Shown piece by piece: positions 12,697 to 25,600 of a stretch of 64,000 nucleotides of DNA. This stretch comes from Eledone cirrhosa (Eukaryota). The stretch spans positions 285,138,001 through 285,202,000 of the forward strand of contig OZ024740.1 in NCBI GenBank assembly GCA_964016885.1. The letters run 5' to 3'. Below the pieces are notes generated by a model. It was not told where the DNA came from, did no database searches, and was given only the letters and a program-made list of their open reading frames with translations. How positions within the stretch are numbered: the first letter of the stretch is position 1; each line of letters starts with the position of its first letter. A program made the translations under genes and the position numbers.

Positions 12697-14299
12697 TATA
12701 TATATATATGATAAGCACCTACACAATTTTTCTATATTAAAAGTCTGAGGTGGCCTGTTTATTACAAATGTAACATTTGGATTTCCTAACTTTGACAATC
12801 ACTCCAGTCTGAGCACACTCTTTGAAATATAAATATTTGGGGATACCAGGAACCAATGACTGGAATTCCAGTGATGCACTTATTTGGTTCTGCTAGGAGA
12901 GATTCAAGTTCTATTATTTCCCCATATTCTTCTACCACTGCCTTTACTTTGGCCTAGTTCCTGTGAAATAGCATATTGGTGACCCTGACATGTTTCCCCA
13001 ATATCCCATATAAAGCCCAATCATATAATGAAATACTTGAACATGGATGAAGTTGTAGCCATTGTTAAGGTTTCTTGCTTGCTGCTGGAGATGACAGCCA
13101 TGTTGTTCCCTTCTGGGAATGTAAACTATTGCTGGCCATACTTCTTCCAAGCAATTTTCAATTTTTGCTGAAGTTAGACACTGCAACTACCATTCTTTAT
13201 TGTTTATGTATCTAATTATGATTGTCCATCTTTGAGTGCCACACCACCTTTTACACCCTCATCAACTGGAAGCCTCATCACCTGAGGGTGTACAATATTT
13301 CTTTTATTATTTTTTAATGGTTAGAGTATCGAACTCCATGCTTCACAACATAGTTATGTCCATTTACATTCTGAGTTCAAGTCCTGCCAAGGTTAGCTTT
13401 GTCTTTCATCCTTACAGGGTCAATAAAATAAAGTACCAGTCATGCTCTGTGGTTGATTTAATCGATTTTCCCCTCCCTTAAAAATTGCTGGCCTTGTGCC
13501 TAAATCAGAAGACATTATTTTTAATGTTTTTTTTACTTTCCTTCACATGTGTGAGTTGTCCAGAGGCTTATTGCATGGACAAAAGATATAACCTTTATTG
13601 TTTTGTAAATTGTTTTTACTGTTCTAATTGGTTTTATGTAAGCTAAAATTCCATCAAATCTTTGCGTATACATTTTTTCAGGCAGATGGACGTTCATATG
13701 AGTATCATGGAGCTTTTTCTCAAAAGAGAGGAAACTGGGTGACCAGGCATATACAGAACAGATTTGATATATTATTGTGTTAACTTTCCCTTTCATCCTT
13801 ACGGGGTCGATAAAATAAAGTACCAGTAATGTACTGGTGAATTGCTGGCCTTGTGCCAAACGTAGAAACAATTATTGTTTTCAAGTATATTATGTGGGAG
13901 TCAGCATAGAACACCCTAATACAATATCGTGGATTGTTTCAGAAAATAAACCATTTGACATCTATATTGTAAGTGTTATAGGTATTCCTGTCTCATGATG
14001 ACCAGTTCAGAAATAGTGAATTCCGTTTCAACTACTGCCATATTACATTTATTCACAGTTGTATAAATAACATTACAAATTGTTTATAATCCTTACAGAA
14101 TGAAAATATAAACACAAATAATAGATAGAATCAATTATTGATAGGAATCTTATAAATATAATACACACAAATATAAAAACTAAGCGAGAGGAAAAAACCC
14201 CCAAAAACATCAATTCACCATTAAGCGCGTCAATTGGTCACATACCACAAGGGTCATCAAAAATGTTTGAGGCAAGCCAACACTCTTGCAGCATATTTA

Positions 14300-14462
14300 T
14301 CTATATATCTAAAACAGAGAATGTCTGTCTGTCTGTCTGACGCCTTAAAACTCAAGAACCACCCAACAGATTGTTTTCAAACTTTACACATGTAATACTT
14401 ATGGTCGTGTGAGTGTTTTGGGCAAAAATAATTTCAAATTTTCAATGCCCTAGGGACTCATA
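14300..14462 (+). mobile_element. non-autonomous Helitron 5' fragment
   Basis: A|TCTATATA start, (TGTC)n; matches the reverse complement of 19085-19253. Confidence 0.65.
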
Positions 14463-14747
14463 TGTGGTACAAAAACCTTGACCATATAATGGCTTGTCCT
14501 TAGAGTTGTTTACTAAAGTCATCTTACATGTCACCAGTATGTGTGTTTTTGCTGCTGCTGCTTTAGATTTAGATTACTTGGGGGCAGAGCCAAATCAGTC
14601 TTTTTGAGGCCCTAAGCAGTTAAAAGGTTACAATGACCCCAAATAAAAAGTTCGCGAAATAAAAACATTAGTGATTTCATTTTTGTACACAAAAAAAAGA
14701 TGGTGTAAGACAGATCAAAGGAGAGACATAAAGTAATGACAAAAGTA

Positions 14748-14790
14748 GTCACTGAGGAGGTCACAGAATGTGTGACAAAAGAGCTTTGAC
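14748..14790 (+). ncRNA. degenerate hammerhead motif
   Basis: GUCA-CUGAGGA-GGUCAC/GUGAC-AAAA-GAGCUU-UGAC; GAAA changed to AAAA; same family as 63442. Confidence 0.55.
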
Positions 14791-15586
14791 AATCAACACC
14801 TAAACAACCATCCAGTTATTAAACTAACAGACTGGGAAATTATAATAATAAATTGAAGTGAAACCCATCAGGCGCATGTGTTTTTTATTGGCAAAAATTT
14901 TTATTCCCAAAATATAAAAATAAAATATATTTCATTTGAATAAAATGGTGTCCTTTTTCTTTTGATGCACTAAGCATGTGCGTATTTTGCTTAATGGTTG
15001 GTTAAACTATTCATGCTTTGGAGGAATGTTACAGTAGGAATAATTCATTTACTACCTATTGTACAATCACAGTCAACTCTTGTTGCAGGTTGCCCTGAGA
15101 GTTGGAAAGATAGTGTGCAACATCGATATCTGACTTCTTGAATTGCTTCCTAACACACAATAATCTCCTACCACCTTCTCTTCTTCGGATATATAGCTAT
15201 TGGATATTAGAATTATTATGCTGTATGTCAAGGCATTTTTTAAACATGGTTTCTATAGCTATGGTCTAGAGAATCTAGGCTTGTTATGTTCCACTCCAAT
15301 ACTAAAGAACCATATGTTATGGCTGGCACTGCTAATGTCTCAAAGACACAGATGGTATCTTTGCTATTTAGATGAGTCTAAAAATATTTTTGACTCAGTC
15401 ACAATATTCATTTCTCATTTGCATAACTTTCAGACACTTCTTTTTAGCATAATAATATATTCCACTGTGTGAACTTTTTGTACTTAAGTTTTGCCAACGC
15501 AGACCATCGCTATTTTCCTATACTCTTTTACCCTTTTACCTGTTTCAGCCATCCGGCTGAGGCCATGCTGGGGCACCGCCTATGGC

Positions 15587-15620
<34 letters not shown>

Positions 15621-15645
15621 GTTGTTGTTGTTGTTGTTGTTATTA

Positions 15646-16062
15646 AGGGTGGTAGATTGGTAGTATCGATAGAGTGTCAGACAACATGCTTCACAGCATA
15701 GAGTTGCGGCCCTTTACGTTCTGAGTTCAAATCCCGCCAAGGTTAGCTTTGCCTTTGATCCTTATGGGGTCAATAAAATAAAGTACCAGTAACATATTGG
15801 AGTTCATTTAATCGACTTTCCCCACACCCCAAACTACTACCCTTGTGCCTATACTACAAATCATTATTATGTGAACTGGCAGTATCGGTAGAGGGTCGGA
15901 CATGTTTTCCAGCATAGTTACGTCCCTTTATGATCTGAGTTCAAATCCCTCTAAGGTTAACTTTGCCTTTCATCCTTACGGGGTCGATAAAATAAAGTAC
16001 CAGTGATGTACTGGGCAATTGCTGGTCTTGTGCCAAAAGTAGAAACAATTATTATTATTATT
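15646..16062 (+). mobile_element. two tandem Meta-like tRNA SINEs
   Basis: B box GAGTTCAAATCC, GCCTTTCATCCTTACGGGGTCGATAAAATAAAGTACCAG domain, (TTA)n tails. Confidence 0.8.
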
Positions 16063-16119
16063 TTTGGAGTCTCAGTCATTGATGTTATTTAAATGGAAAG
16101 TTTGTTCAAATGAATATCA

Positions 16120-16800
16120 AGCCGCTACCTGCAGCCTCAGATCGTCAGGACGTATTGGAGGGTTCTTGCTATTCCCAACAAGCATGCCTTTTGAAATGTT
16201 CCAAAAAAGGGGGGTGGAGTAATGTTCTTTAACCATCCTTGAAAAGTCTTTGTGATAGTACCTGGTGCTCCTATGACAACCGAGATGACCTCGATCTTGT
16301 GACAGTCCCAAATCCTTTTTAACTCCCACTTTAATTCCTGGTATCGGTTAATGTTCTCCTTCTCATTTTCTTAGACTCTCGTGTCAAAGGGGCAGACTAC
16401 ATCTACAATCAGACTACATCTACGATCTTTTTTTTTTTCAAAAGCCACCAGGTCAGGCCTATTGTGCTCTAATTTCTTGTCTCTCTGTATCCTGAAATCC
16501 CATAGCACCTTCACTCGATCGTTTTCTATCACCAACTCTGACTTATGTTCATACCACTTCTCTGTTTATTTTTACTGTTTAGTCAGGGTTAAGTGCAATG
16601 CCCATGAGTCTTTTCAGGGTGTCTGAAAGTGTTGGGATGGAGGGAGGATGGTATCCTCATACCAGAGGCCTAACTTGAATACTTGTAAGAGGGTGGACTC
16701 TACTAAAGACACCCAAGGGTCAAGAGCATCTCTGACTTTCTGGTTCTTTCAGTAGTTTCATGTGAGTTTCTCACTGCACCACCAACGATATCTCTGTCTT
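16120..16800 (-). pseudogene. R4/Dong-clade non-LTR retrotransposon, restriction-like endonuclease fragment
   Basis: manual translation KWYEHK..ENDRVKVLWDFRIQRDKKLEHNRPDLV and QELKWELKRIW..VISVVIGAPGTI..QKACLLG. Confidence 0.75.
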
Positions 16801-17124
16801 CCTGGTGTATATTCAGGAGAAATGGAAAACTGCTTGTATTACAGTTAATCTGCCATTTTGTGATTTTCCACCCTCCAGTATTGTTATTTTAGTGTTGCTT
16901 TCATTTGTTGTGAATATCATTACACTATTTGGTGGTGGTGGTGGTGGTGATGCTGGTGCTGGTGTGTGTGTGTGTGTGTGGGGGGGGGGGTTATTATGTA
17001 AATTATGTACAGTGTGAATTCTGTTCTTGAACTGAAAGTGTCTTGAAAAGAGTGTGTGCTTTTTCTAGCAAGCTTATATTTTAGATTGTGTACAGTTTTT
17101 ATATTTTTGCTCATGTTGTTTTTA

Positions 17125-18150
17125 TGGGGTTGGCAGAATCATTAGAGAGTCAGACAAAATGCTTTGCAGTATTTATTCTGGCTCTTCAAATTCTAAGTTC
17201 AAATCCCACTGAAGTCAACTTTTCCCTACTTCATTCTGGGGTCAATATAATAAAGTACCAGTCAAGTACTGGGATTGTTTTAATTGACTTTCCTATAGCA
17301 CAAAATTGTTGACGTTGAACCTAAATTAGCAGCCATTAGTATTATTATTGTTATTATTATTTTGTTATAAACTTCAAATTTTGATTGAGATATGATAATG
17401 AATGGCCAGACTTACAATTGTTGTCGTTGTTATTATTATTAGGGCAGTGGATTGGTAGTATTGGTAGAGCGTCAGACGCCATACTTTGCAGCATAGAGTT
17501 ACATCCCTTTACAGTATGAGTTCAAATCCCGCTGAGGTTAACTTTGCCTTTCATCCTTATTGGGTCAATAAAATGAAGCACCAGTAATGCACCGAGGTAA
17601 TTGCTGGCCTTGTGCCAAAAGTAGAAACTTTATTATTATTATTAGGGTGGTGGATTGGCAGTATCGGTAGAACATCGGGGACCATGCTTTGCGGCATAGA
17701 GTTACGGCCATTTAAGTTCTGAGTTCAAATCCCACCGAGGTTAGCTTTGCCTTTCATCCTTGAGGGGTCAATAAATAAAGCACCAGTAATGTACTAGGGT
17801 CAATTTAATTGACTTTCCCCTCCCCTTCAAATTCCTGGCCATGTGTCTAAAATAGAAACAATTATTATTATTTCTTGGGAAAGCATCAGACAAAATGCTT
17901 TGTGGTAGTTGTTCTGAGTCTTTACATTTTGAGTTCAAATCCCACCAAAGTCAACTTTGCCTTTCATCCTTCCAAGGCTGATCAAATAAAGAACCAGTTA
18001 AGCAATGGGGTCAACATAATCAACAGTCTCCTTCCCCAAATTTCTGCCCTTGTGTCTCAACTAGAAATCATTGTTATCAGGCTTTTGACAGCTATCTTAT
18101 TCAAATACTATTCAAATCCTGCTGAGCTTCGCTTTGCCTTTCATCCTTGC
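17125..18150 (+). mobile_element. cluster of at least four Meta-like SINEs
   Basis: repeated GAGTTCAAATCCC...GCCTTTCATCC units separated by (TTA)n. Confidence 0.8.
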
Positions 18151-18189
18151 ATGGATTGGATGGACCCTTTCCAGTCTCCCTTCTTGTAA

Positions 18190-18615
18190 CGTTCCTTTAT
18201 CATCTTCTCTGCAAGTTTCAGCATTTTCAGATCAGCCCTATCCACCACTGCCCAGGATTTTCAAAGTCTTCCTCAATTGCAGCTTCCTTCCACAAGCATC
18301 TTCTGGCACTTCTTCACCCAGTAATCATCATCCATTGCGTTTAATCCCTCTTTTGCTCAGCTTTTCTCACAGTTTGTTCATGCTTTGTCTTTCAAGCGCA
18401 TTGTAACTACACATCCATCGAAGCACACTCGCCTCATTTCTTTCCAATCTTTACAGTTCCTCTGCATTCAAGACCCAAGTCTCACTTCCATGCAGCATTG
18501 CAGTTCTGACACACAGGTATAAAATATAGCTTTTTTGAGATAAATCCTTTTAGCCAACAGAGGTAGTAGCTCCCTGAACTTTTTCAAATCAGATTATACT
18601 CTAGCTACTGTATTT
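18190..18615 (-). mobile_element. degenerate RTE C-terminal fragment
   Basis: AMLHGSETW-like CCAAGTCTCACTTCCATGCAGCATTGC and the upstream KFRELLPLL-like sequence. Confidence 0.6.
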
Positions 18616-18662
18616 CTAGTTGGCTTTAACCTGCATCAGTCTGATATCAAATTTATAATGAA

Positions 18663-19253
18663 CTAGCAATGATACCCGGCGTTGCATGGGATAAGGTATT
18701 GTGAAATATATAACCGCCTTAGCTAAGCTTAGTATTGCCACAACCACAGCTGGCAAAGAAGTAAGGGTCTGGTGGTATGTAAGTAAGCAACACTGTGGCT
18801 TAAAATGTGAGGAAGAAGTTGTGTGCACTTACCAACTGTTTGGGGAATGAGGGTGAGATTTGTCTTGAGCAAGGGTGGCAGAATAACCGGATGCAGCAGA
18901 CAGCCAGACATACAGACAGATATTATAAGGGCGCTTTCTGGATGCAGAGCGAATTGTAGGAAGTGACGTAATGCAGACAGACAGACATACAGACAGATAT
19001 TATAAGGGCGTAACGTTATATGTATGTATCTATCTAAAAAGAGAAAGACTAAGAATTATAGAGAGAGATCGCTAAATCGCCTAATGCGGTCCCGAGGGCA
19101 TTGAAAATTTGAAATTTTTTTACTCAGAACACTCCCTGAAACATAAGTATTACACATGTAAAGTTTTAAAACAGTCGGTTGGGTGCTTCTCTAGTTTTAG
19201 GGATTCAAACTCACACACACACAGACAGACATCCTCAATTTTATATATATAGA
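18663..19253 (-). mobile_element. non-autonomous Helitron
   Basis: 5' TC at 19253, 3' hairpin CCC..GGG plus CTAG at 18663-18666, inserted between A and T, no TSD. Confidence 0.75.
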
Positions 19254-19869
19254 TTATGCTCCAGTTTAGGGGTCATTCTTTGGTTGTATTTCAGCTGGGC
19301 ATGCTGCATGGTGCTGTTAGTTTATTTGGATTTGGGGCTTATGATTTATCTTGGTGGTTAATTTTTTTTTTTTGGGGGGGGGGGGGGGGTATATACAGAT
19401 ACAGAAAAGGTGAAACATGGCCAATTACACAATGAGGTTGTAATGAAGAAAATTACAATCATGCAGATAATAAGGAATTTTATCATATAGAAACTACATA
19501 ATATGATGACTGCAGCTTGATAACATCAGTCTTCCCCATACCAGTGATTGGTGCAGGTCGGTGGCTGGTTTAACAAAAAATAAGGATGATGTGGGAAGAG
19601 CAGGCATATTCTAACTGATTCTTGAGTGGTATAAAAGGTGTCTGAGGCCAAGTATAGGTGTATAGTTTATGTCTGGCTTAGGTTCAAGCTTGGCTTTGAT
19701 TTTCTGTTTAATTATGGGTTGGGGCAATCAATGGTCTCAATTGCATATATATATATATATATATATGTTCTTATTTAGTTAATTGAACTAATTAACAACC
19801 TATGTTCGACTTTTGTTTTATTTTCATTGTTCAATACACACACATATATATATATATACATTCACACAA

Positions 19870-19917
<48 letters not shown>

Positions 19918-20669
19918 ATATATATATATATACACATATCTATATCTATCTATCTATCTATCTATCTATCTGTCTATCTATATATATATATATATATATA
20001 GTGAAAAATTGAACGGGAACAAAACAGAGAAGCAGTACGAACAAATGTTTATATATATATATATATATACATACATACACATATATATATACATATATAT
20101 GTATGTATGTAATGTATGTATGTGTTTTTGTTTGTATGTATGTATATAAACATGCATATGCATATACATACTTGACATAACATGAGAATATGTCTTTGCA
20201 GGCACACACAGCCTCGTCAAACAAACAAATAGCTTGAGATTCTCTACATTTATGTTGATGAGATCTTGAATGTTCCCTTGAATTCAGACCCCAACCAATC
20301 CCCACAGGTAAACATTGCCAGAAGATCTAGTACCACTTTGTACAATTACTTCGACCAAGAGTTATGTAAAATCAAATGTTCTACTCAGAGTCACATGGAA
20401 ACTGCTCAAGTACATATGCACCTATGTTGCTTGTACTGGTAGTCCAATAACATATCCCACTTAAGCATTCCATCTGTATAATATACAGACCTGAACACAC
20501 AACACCAAAATACCATCATCATTATCTTCACCAAAAGTAACAGGAGGGCTGCTGCTACCCAGACACCCTACTGATGCCCCTAGTGTAATATAATATATAT
20601 TATATGCATGTATCTACCTATATATCAATATCTGCTTCCCTCCCCCACTCTGTTTCTCACTTTTTCTCC

Positions 20670-20719
<50 letters not shown>

Positions 20720-20847
20720 TCATCATCATCATCATCATCATTTAACGTCCATCTTCCACGCTAGCATGGGTTACATATATATATATATATAAACTAATAT
20801 ATTTCTTCCATATACTGTACCGTTTGTGTTGTTATTTCTGTTTACCT

Positions 20848-20907
<60 letters not shown>

Positions 20908-21186
20908 GGCACTTGTAGGACCCCGACGGCTGAGCTCAAGCCGTTTCGACGGCTAATTCTGGACTCATATATATATATATTATTATTATTATTAAGGCTA
21001 AATAGTAATGGAGTAACTAGACTCACTATTTAGCCTTAATAAAATGAATATTTCAACTCTACTTCCGTATTGAGTACTCTGTTCTGTTGGTCGTCAACTA
21101 CATATGGAAATATATATATTGTAACGAATTACTGCCCAATAGCTGAACTCTTGCTGTTTTGACAGTGAGTGGTAATTCCCAACCTA

Positions 21187-21421
21187 CATCATCATCATCA
21201 TCATCATCATTTTTTACGTCCACTTTTCCCTGCTTGCAAGGGTGGGACGGGAACTGATTCTGGCTTGATTTCTGCAGCTGGATGCCCTTCCTAACACCAA
21301 CCTCATTTACAGTGTGGGCTAGGTGCTTTTTTGCTGTGGCACCTCCATGACCACTTTGCAGTGGAATGATATGGGCCCCTGTCCCTATCATCTCGTTTCT
21401 ACAGCTGAGTAAACTGGAGCA

Positions 21422-21424
<3 letters not shown>
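21187..21424 (-). mobile_element. 5'-truncated CORE-like SINE
   Basis: same body and tail as 7983-8314. Confidence 0.8.
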
Positions 21425-21477
<53 letters not shown>

Positions 21478-21510
21478 ATGTGTATATGTGTGTATATATA
21501 CATACACACT

Positions 21511-22746
21511 TGGGGTGAATGAAAGTTTTGAACCTCACACAGAAAACAAATAGATATGCAAATGAAATTTTGTCTGTGAAATTTGCAACATGTTTTTCCA
21601 GTGCTAGCCAGGTTTCATGGTCTAAACACTTTTTCATTTCTTTTCACAAATTCTTAAAGCTGATGTACTCAAGCATTTCATGAAAAATGGAAAAAGTTCA
21701 GTATCAAACAGGGATCAAGTATCTGCAGTTAAAAGGCATGACCGACGCTGAGAGATATAAGGACATGCGAGACACATTAGGGGAAGATGCCCCATCAAAT
21801 GTCACGGTAAAATGGTGGGTCAATGAATTCAAGTGTGGCAAAGAAGGTTTGGAAGATGACCAGAGATCTGGGAGGCTATCAACAGTGACCACACTAGAGA
21901 ACATTGATCTTGTCCTTGGGATAGTTATGGAGGATTGACGACTGTCATCTTATCAGATAGCAAACAGGTTAGACATCTTCCAGAAGTCAACCAATAATAT
22001 TCTGACAAACTAGTTTGGTTTGAGAAAAGTGTCTACGCCTTTTGAGTGAGAAACAAAACCATACTCATCACACCATATCCTTTAATAATTTGAAACTTTT
22101 TGAAGCTGATCAGGAAGATTTCCTGGCATGATTTGTAACCATGAACGAGACCAAGATCCATTGCTACCAACCTGACACAAAAGAGCAGTCTAAACAGTGG
22201 AAGCACCCATCCTCACTTACCCTGAAGAAGGCAGGGTCACACCATCAGCAGGAAAGGGCATGGCTACCATTTTCTGGGATTCCCCAAAAGGGCCACACCA
22301 TCACCAGACAATGCTATTCCAACCTACTTAAATGTCTGCGCAAAAACATCAAGAAGAGGTCAGGATTTCTGATGAAAGAGGTCTTGTTCCATCAGGATAA
22401 TGCACCTGCCCACGCCTCGGTGCTGGCAATAGCAACAATCCGTGAGTGTGGGTTCCAACTCGTCCCTCATCTACCATACTCGCCAGACCTCACACTCTCA
22501 GACTTCCACTTGTCCCCAAACATGAAAAAGAATATGGCTGGACAACACTAAATGGATGATGACATCATAGATGATGACACCATAGATGATGTGGACAAAA
22601 CTAAAGAGTTCTACTTCAGCAGGATCCAGGCACTTTGACACTGGCGGACAAAGTGTGTGGATTCAAAGGAAGGCTATGTTGAAAAATGAAATAAGAAAAT
22701 ATTTGTATGGTCCAATTTCTTGGAGGCTCAAAACTTCTCAGTTACC

Positions 22747-22750
<4 letters not shown>
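21511..22750 (+). mobile_element. mariner DNA transposon with degenerate D,D34D transposase
   Basis: imperfect TIRs GGGGTGAATGAAAGTTTTGAACCTC / GAGGCTCAAAACTTCTCAGTTACCCC; EDDQRSGR, TMNET, HQDNAPAH, YSPDL motifs; multiple stops. Confidence 0.92.
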
Positions 22751-22797
<47 letters not shown>

Positions 22798-22810
22798 TGT
22801 ATATGTATAT

Positions 22811-23122
22811 ATCATCATTCATCATTTCATTTTACGTCCACTTTTCCCTGCTTGCAAGGGTGGGACGGGAACTGATTCTGGCTTGATTTCTACAGCTGGA
22901 TGCCCTTCCTAACACCAACCTCATTTACAGTGAGTGCTGGGTGCTTTTTTGCCGTGGCACCTCCACGACCATTTTGCAGTGGAATGATAGGGATCCCAGT
23001 CCCTATCATCTCATTTCTACAGCTGAGTAAACTGGAGCAATGTGAAATAAAGTGTCTTGCTCAAGGAAACAACACATCACCCGGTCTGGGAATTGAACTC
23101 ACAACCTTTCGATTGCAAGGCC
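22811..23122 (-). mobile_element. CORE-like SINE with RTE-A tail
   Basis: near-identical to 7983-8314, head slightly truncated. Confidence 0.85.
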
Positions 23123-23160
23123 ATATATATATATATATATATATGGAGGTAGCCTCGGAA

Positions 23161-24468
23161 TAGGCAGACCCAGAAAAACCTGGGACGAGCTGATAAACTC
23201 CGACCTCACACACTTACACCTCTCCAAGACAATGTCACTGGACCGAGACCTTTGGCGGTACTCAGTAATAGAGAAGACCCGCCTTACCTAAATACAAAGT
23301 AAAACCTACTACAGTCAGTAGGCATCTCTAACAAAATACACCCCCGTCCCACCCCCGTCCCACCCCATCCACACCGCCCCCTTCTATGTAAAGTTATGTT
23401 GGTGCCACGCCATCCAGGCCGAAACAAATGAGATCGTGTAGGTGTCACGACAAAAAACAGACAGTCCACGCTGTAATGTGGCCGTGTAGGCAACACGGTA
23501 AAAACCTCCCAGACCCACACTGTAAATGTGGTTGGTGTTAGGAAGGGCATCCAACTGTAGAAAACCTGCCAGACAGTCCACGCTGTAATGTGGCCGTGTA
23601 GGCAACACGGTAAAAACCTCCCAGCCCCACACTGTAAATGTGGTTGGTGTTAGGAAGGGCATCCAGCTGTAGAAAACCTGCCAGACAGTCCACGCTGTAA
23701 TGTGGCCGTGTAGGCAACACGGTAAAAACCTCCCAGACCCACACTGTAAATGTGGTTGGTGTTAGGAAGGGCATCCAGCTGTAGAAAACCTGCCAGACAG
23801 TCCACGCTGTAATGTGGCCGTGTAGGCAACACGGTAAAAACCTCCCAGACCCACACTGTAAATGTGGTTGGTGTTAGGAAGGGCATCCAACTGTAGAAAA
23901 CCTGCCAGACAGTCCACGCTGTAATGTGGCCGTGTAGGCAACACGGTAAAAACCTCCCAGCCCCACACTGTAAATGTGGTTGGTGTTAGGAAGGGCATCC
24001 AGCTGTAGAAAACCTGCCAGACAGTCCACGCTGTAATGTGGCCGTGTAGGCAACACGGTAAAAACCTCCCAGACCCACACTGTAAATGTGGTTGGTGTTA
24101 GGAAGGGCATCCAACTGTAGAAAACCTGCCAGACAGTCCACGCTGTAATGTGGCCGTGTAGGCAACACGGTAAAAACCTCCCAGACCCACACTGTAAATG
24201 TGGTTGGTGTTAGGAAGGGCATCCAACTGTAGAAAACCTGCCAGACAGTCCACGCTGTAATGTGGCCGTGTAGGCAACACGGTAAAAACCTCCCAGCCCC
24301 ACACTGTAAATGTGGTTGGTGTTAGGAAGGGCATCCAACTGTAGAAAACCTGCCAGACAGTCCTATGCGAGCAAGACAATCACTCTTGCCTCAAGTGGGA
24401 CTACCCCCGTCCAAACCCATGCAAGCGTGGAACACGGACGTTAAACGTTGATGATGATGATGATGATG
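23161..24468 (+). mobile_element. RTE family B 3' end containing a tandem array
   Basis: GRPRKTW...KTRLT* coding end, 3' UTR, (GAT)n. Confidence 0.9.
23459..24363 (+). repeat. 8 x 112-bp tandem repeat of an RTE 3' UTR segment
   Basis: units start at 23459, 23571, 23683, 23795, 23907, 24019, 24131 and 24243; only two variable sites seen. Confidence 0.95.
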
Positions 24469-24837
24469 AAGGCACATGGCTTAGTGGTTAGAGCATTGGG
24501 GGCTTGCAAGCAGGGAAAAGCGGACGTAAAATGAAATGATGATGATGATGATGATATATATATATATATATGTATATATATCATCATCATTTTATGTCCA
24601 CTTTTCTCTGCTTGCAAGGGTTGGACACATATATATATATATATCTATATATATATGTATATATATATACACACACATATATAGTTTGTATATATATATA
24701 CACACATATATAGCTCAGCTGTCAGGGTCTTGAATCTTTTCATATTACCCACTCTACTACCCCAAGTATTGAGTACTCTGGTATGTTATGGTCGACCTGG
24801 TATCTTACAACACCCTCTTTGTTATATATATATATAT

Positions 24838-25067
24838 GGGTATCCTTTTAAATCAAGGATCACAGGCATTGCGCACCAGGACTGAACAGAGTCTGATTTA
24901 CTGCTTTGGGTTCTGTTTCTCTCATGGACTCAACTCCCCTCCTCTATTTCTTTAATACCCCATCACCCCTAGATTCCTATGGCTCTCTTATGGTCATAAA
25001 CATATACACTTACAACTAATACAGACCAACAAAATATACACACTCCACTTTTCGCTTTAAAGCTCTG

Positions 25068-25124
<57 letters not shown>

Positions 25125-25600
25125 ATATTAACATACTTTTGCTCATAGCTTTGTTCTTACAAGCACACACACACTCTTTTACCTACATATACACACATAT
25201 CGTCTTAGTTTCGTATGGATGTATAATAACACACACACACAGACATACACACGCATATGCATGCGCACAAGTATAGCTCTTTATACAAAACGTTTTTTTT
25301 TAAATTTCAGGTAGATGCACTACATCATCCACATTTCTAAAAAAAATATATCATATACAAAACACCAGCATCAACAGTTTTCCAAGAGATGTCAACATGA
25401 ATGGACCTGTTATTTTAAAAGACTTTTTTTCCAATTCCACCCTGCCCATCCCTTCAATCTATCTTATTTCTCATTCTTTCTTCTGATGAAGGACTAGCAT
25501 CTGAAACGTTAAGACCCTCTTCCTGCTATTTCAAGCGTCAACCTAATATATTCCTTCCATATACTGTACCAATTGTGTTGTTATTTCTGTTTACCTTTTA
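24838..25600 (+). mobile_element. Penelope-like (Neptune-type) 3' end / pLTR
   Basis: 24842-24955 reads ..RTRTEQSLIYCFGFCFSHGLNSPPLFL*, resembling the GIY-YIG C-terminus; hammerhead at 25479; second copy of the end at 49638-49858. Confidence 0.65.
25479..25514 (+). ncRNA. minimal type I hammerhead motif, stem II decayed
   Basis: UCUU-CUGAUGA-A-GGAC UAGC AUCU-GAAA-CG-UU-AAGA. Confidence 0.65.

Noticed and set aside
12720-13200. Possible LINE endonuclease relic
   Set aside because: No motif could be read with confidence
19802-20305. YI/HT/CV/ER-repeat ORFs here and elsewhere
   Set aside because: Dinucleotide microsatellite artefacts
20202-20307. Candidate host exon (TTTGCAG...CAG|GTAAAC)
   Set aside because: Stops in all three frames and no supporting neighbouring exons
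23459-24363. CRISPR-like regular array and the repeated 78-aa ORFs
   Set aside because: Units are identical end to end with no unique spacers and no cas genes; the sequence is RTE 3' UTR
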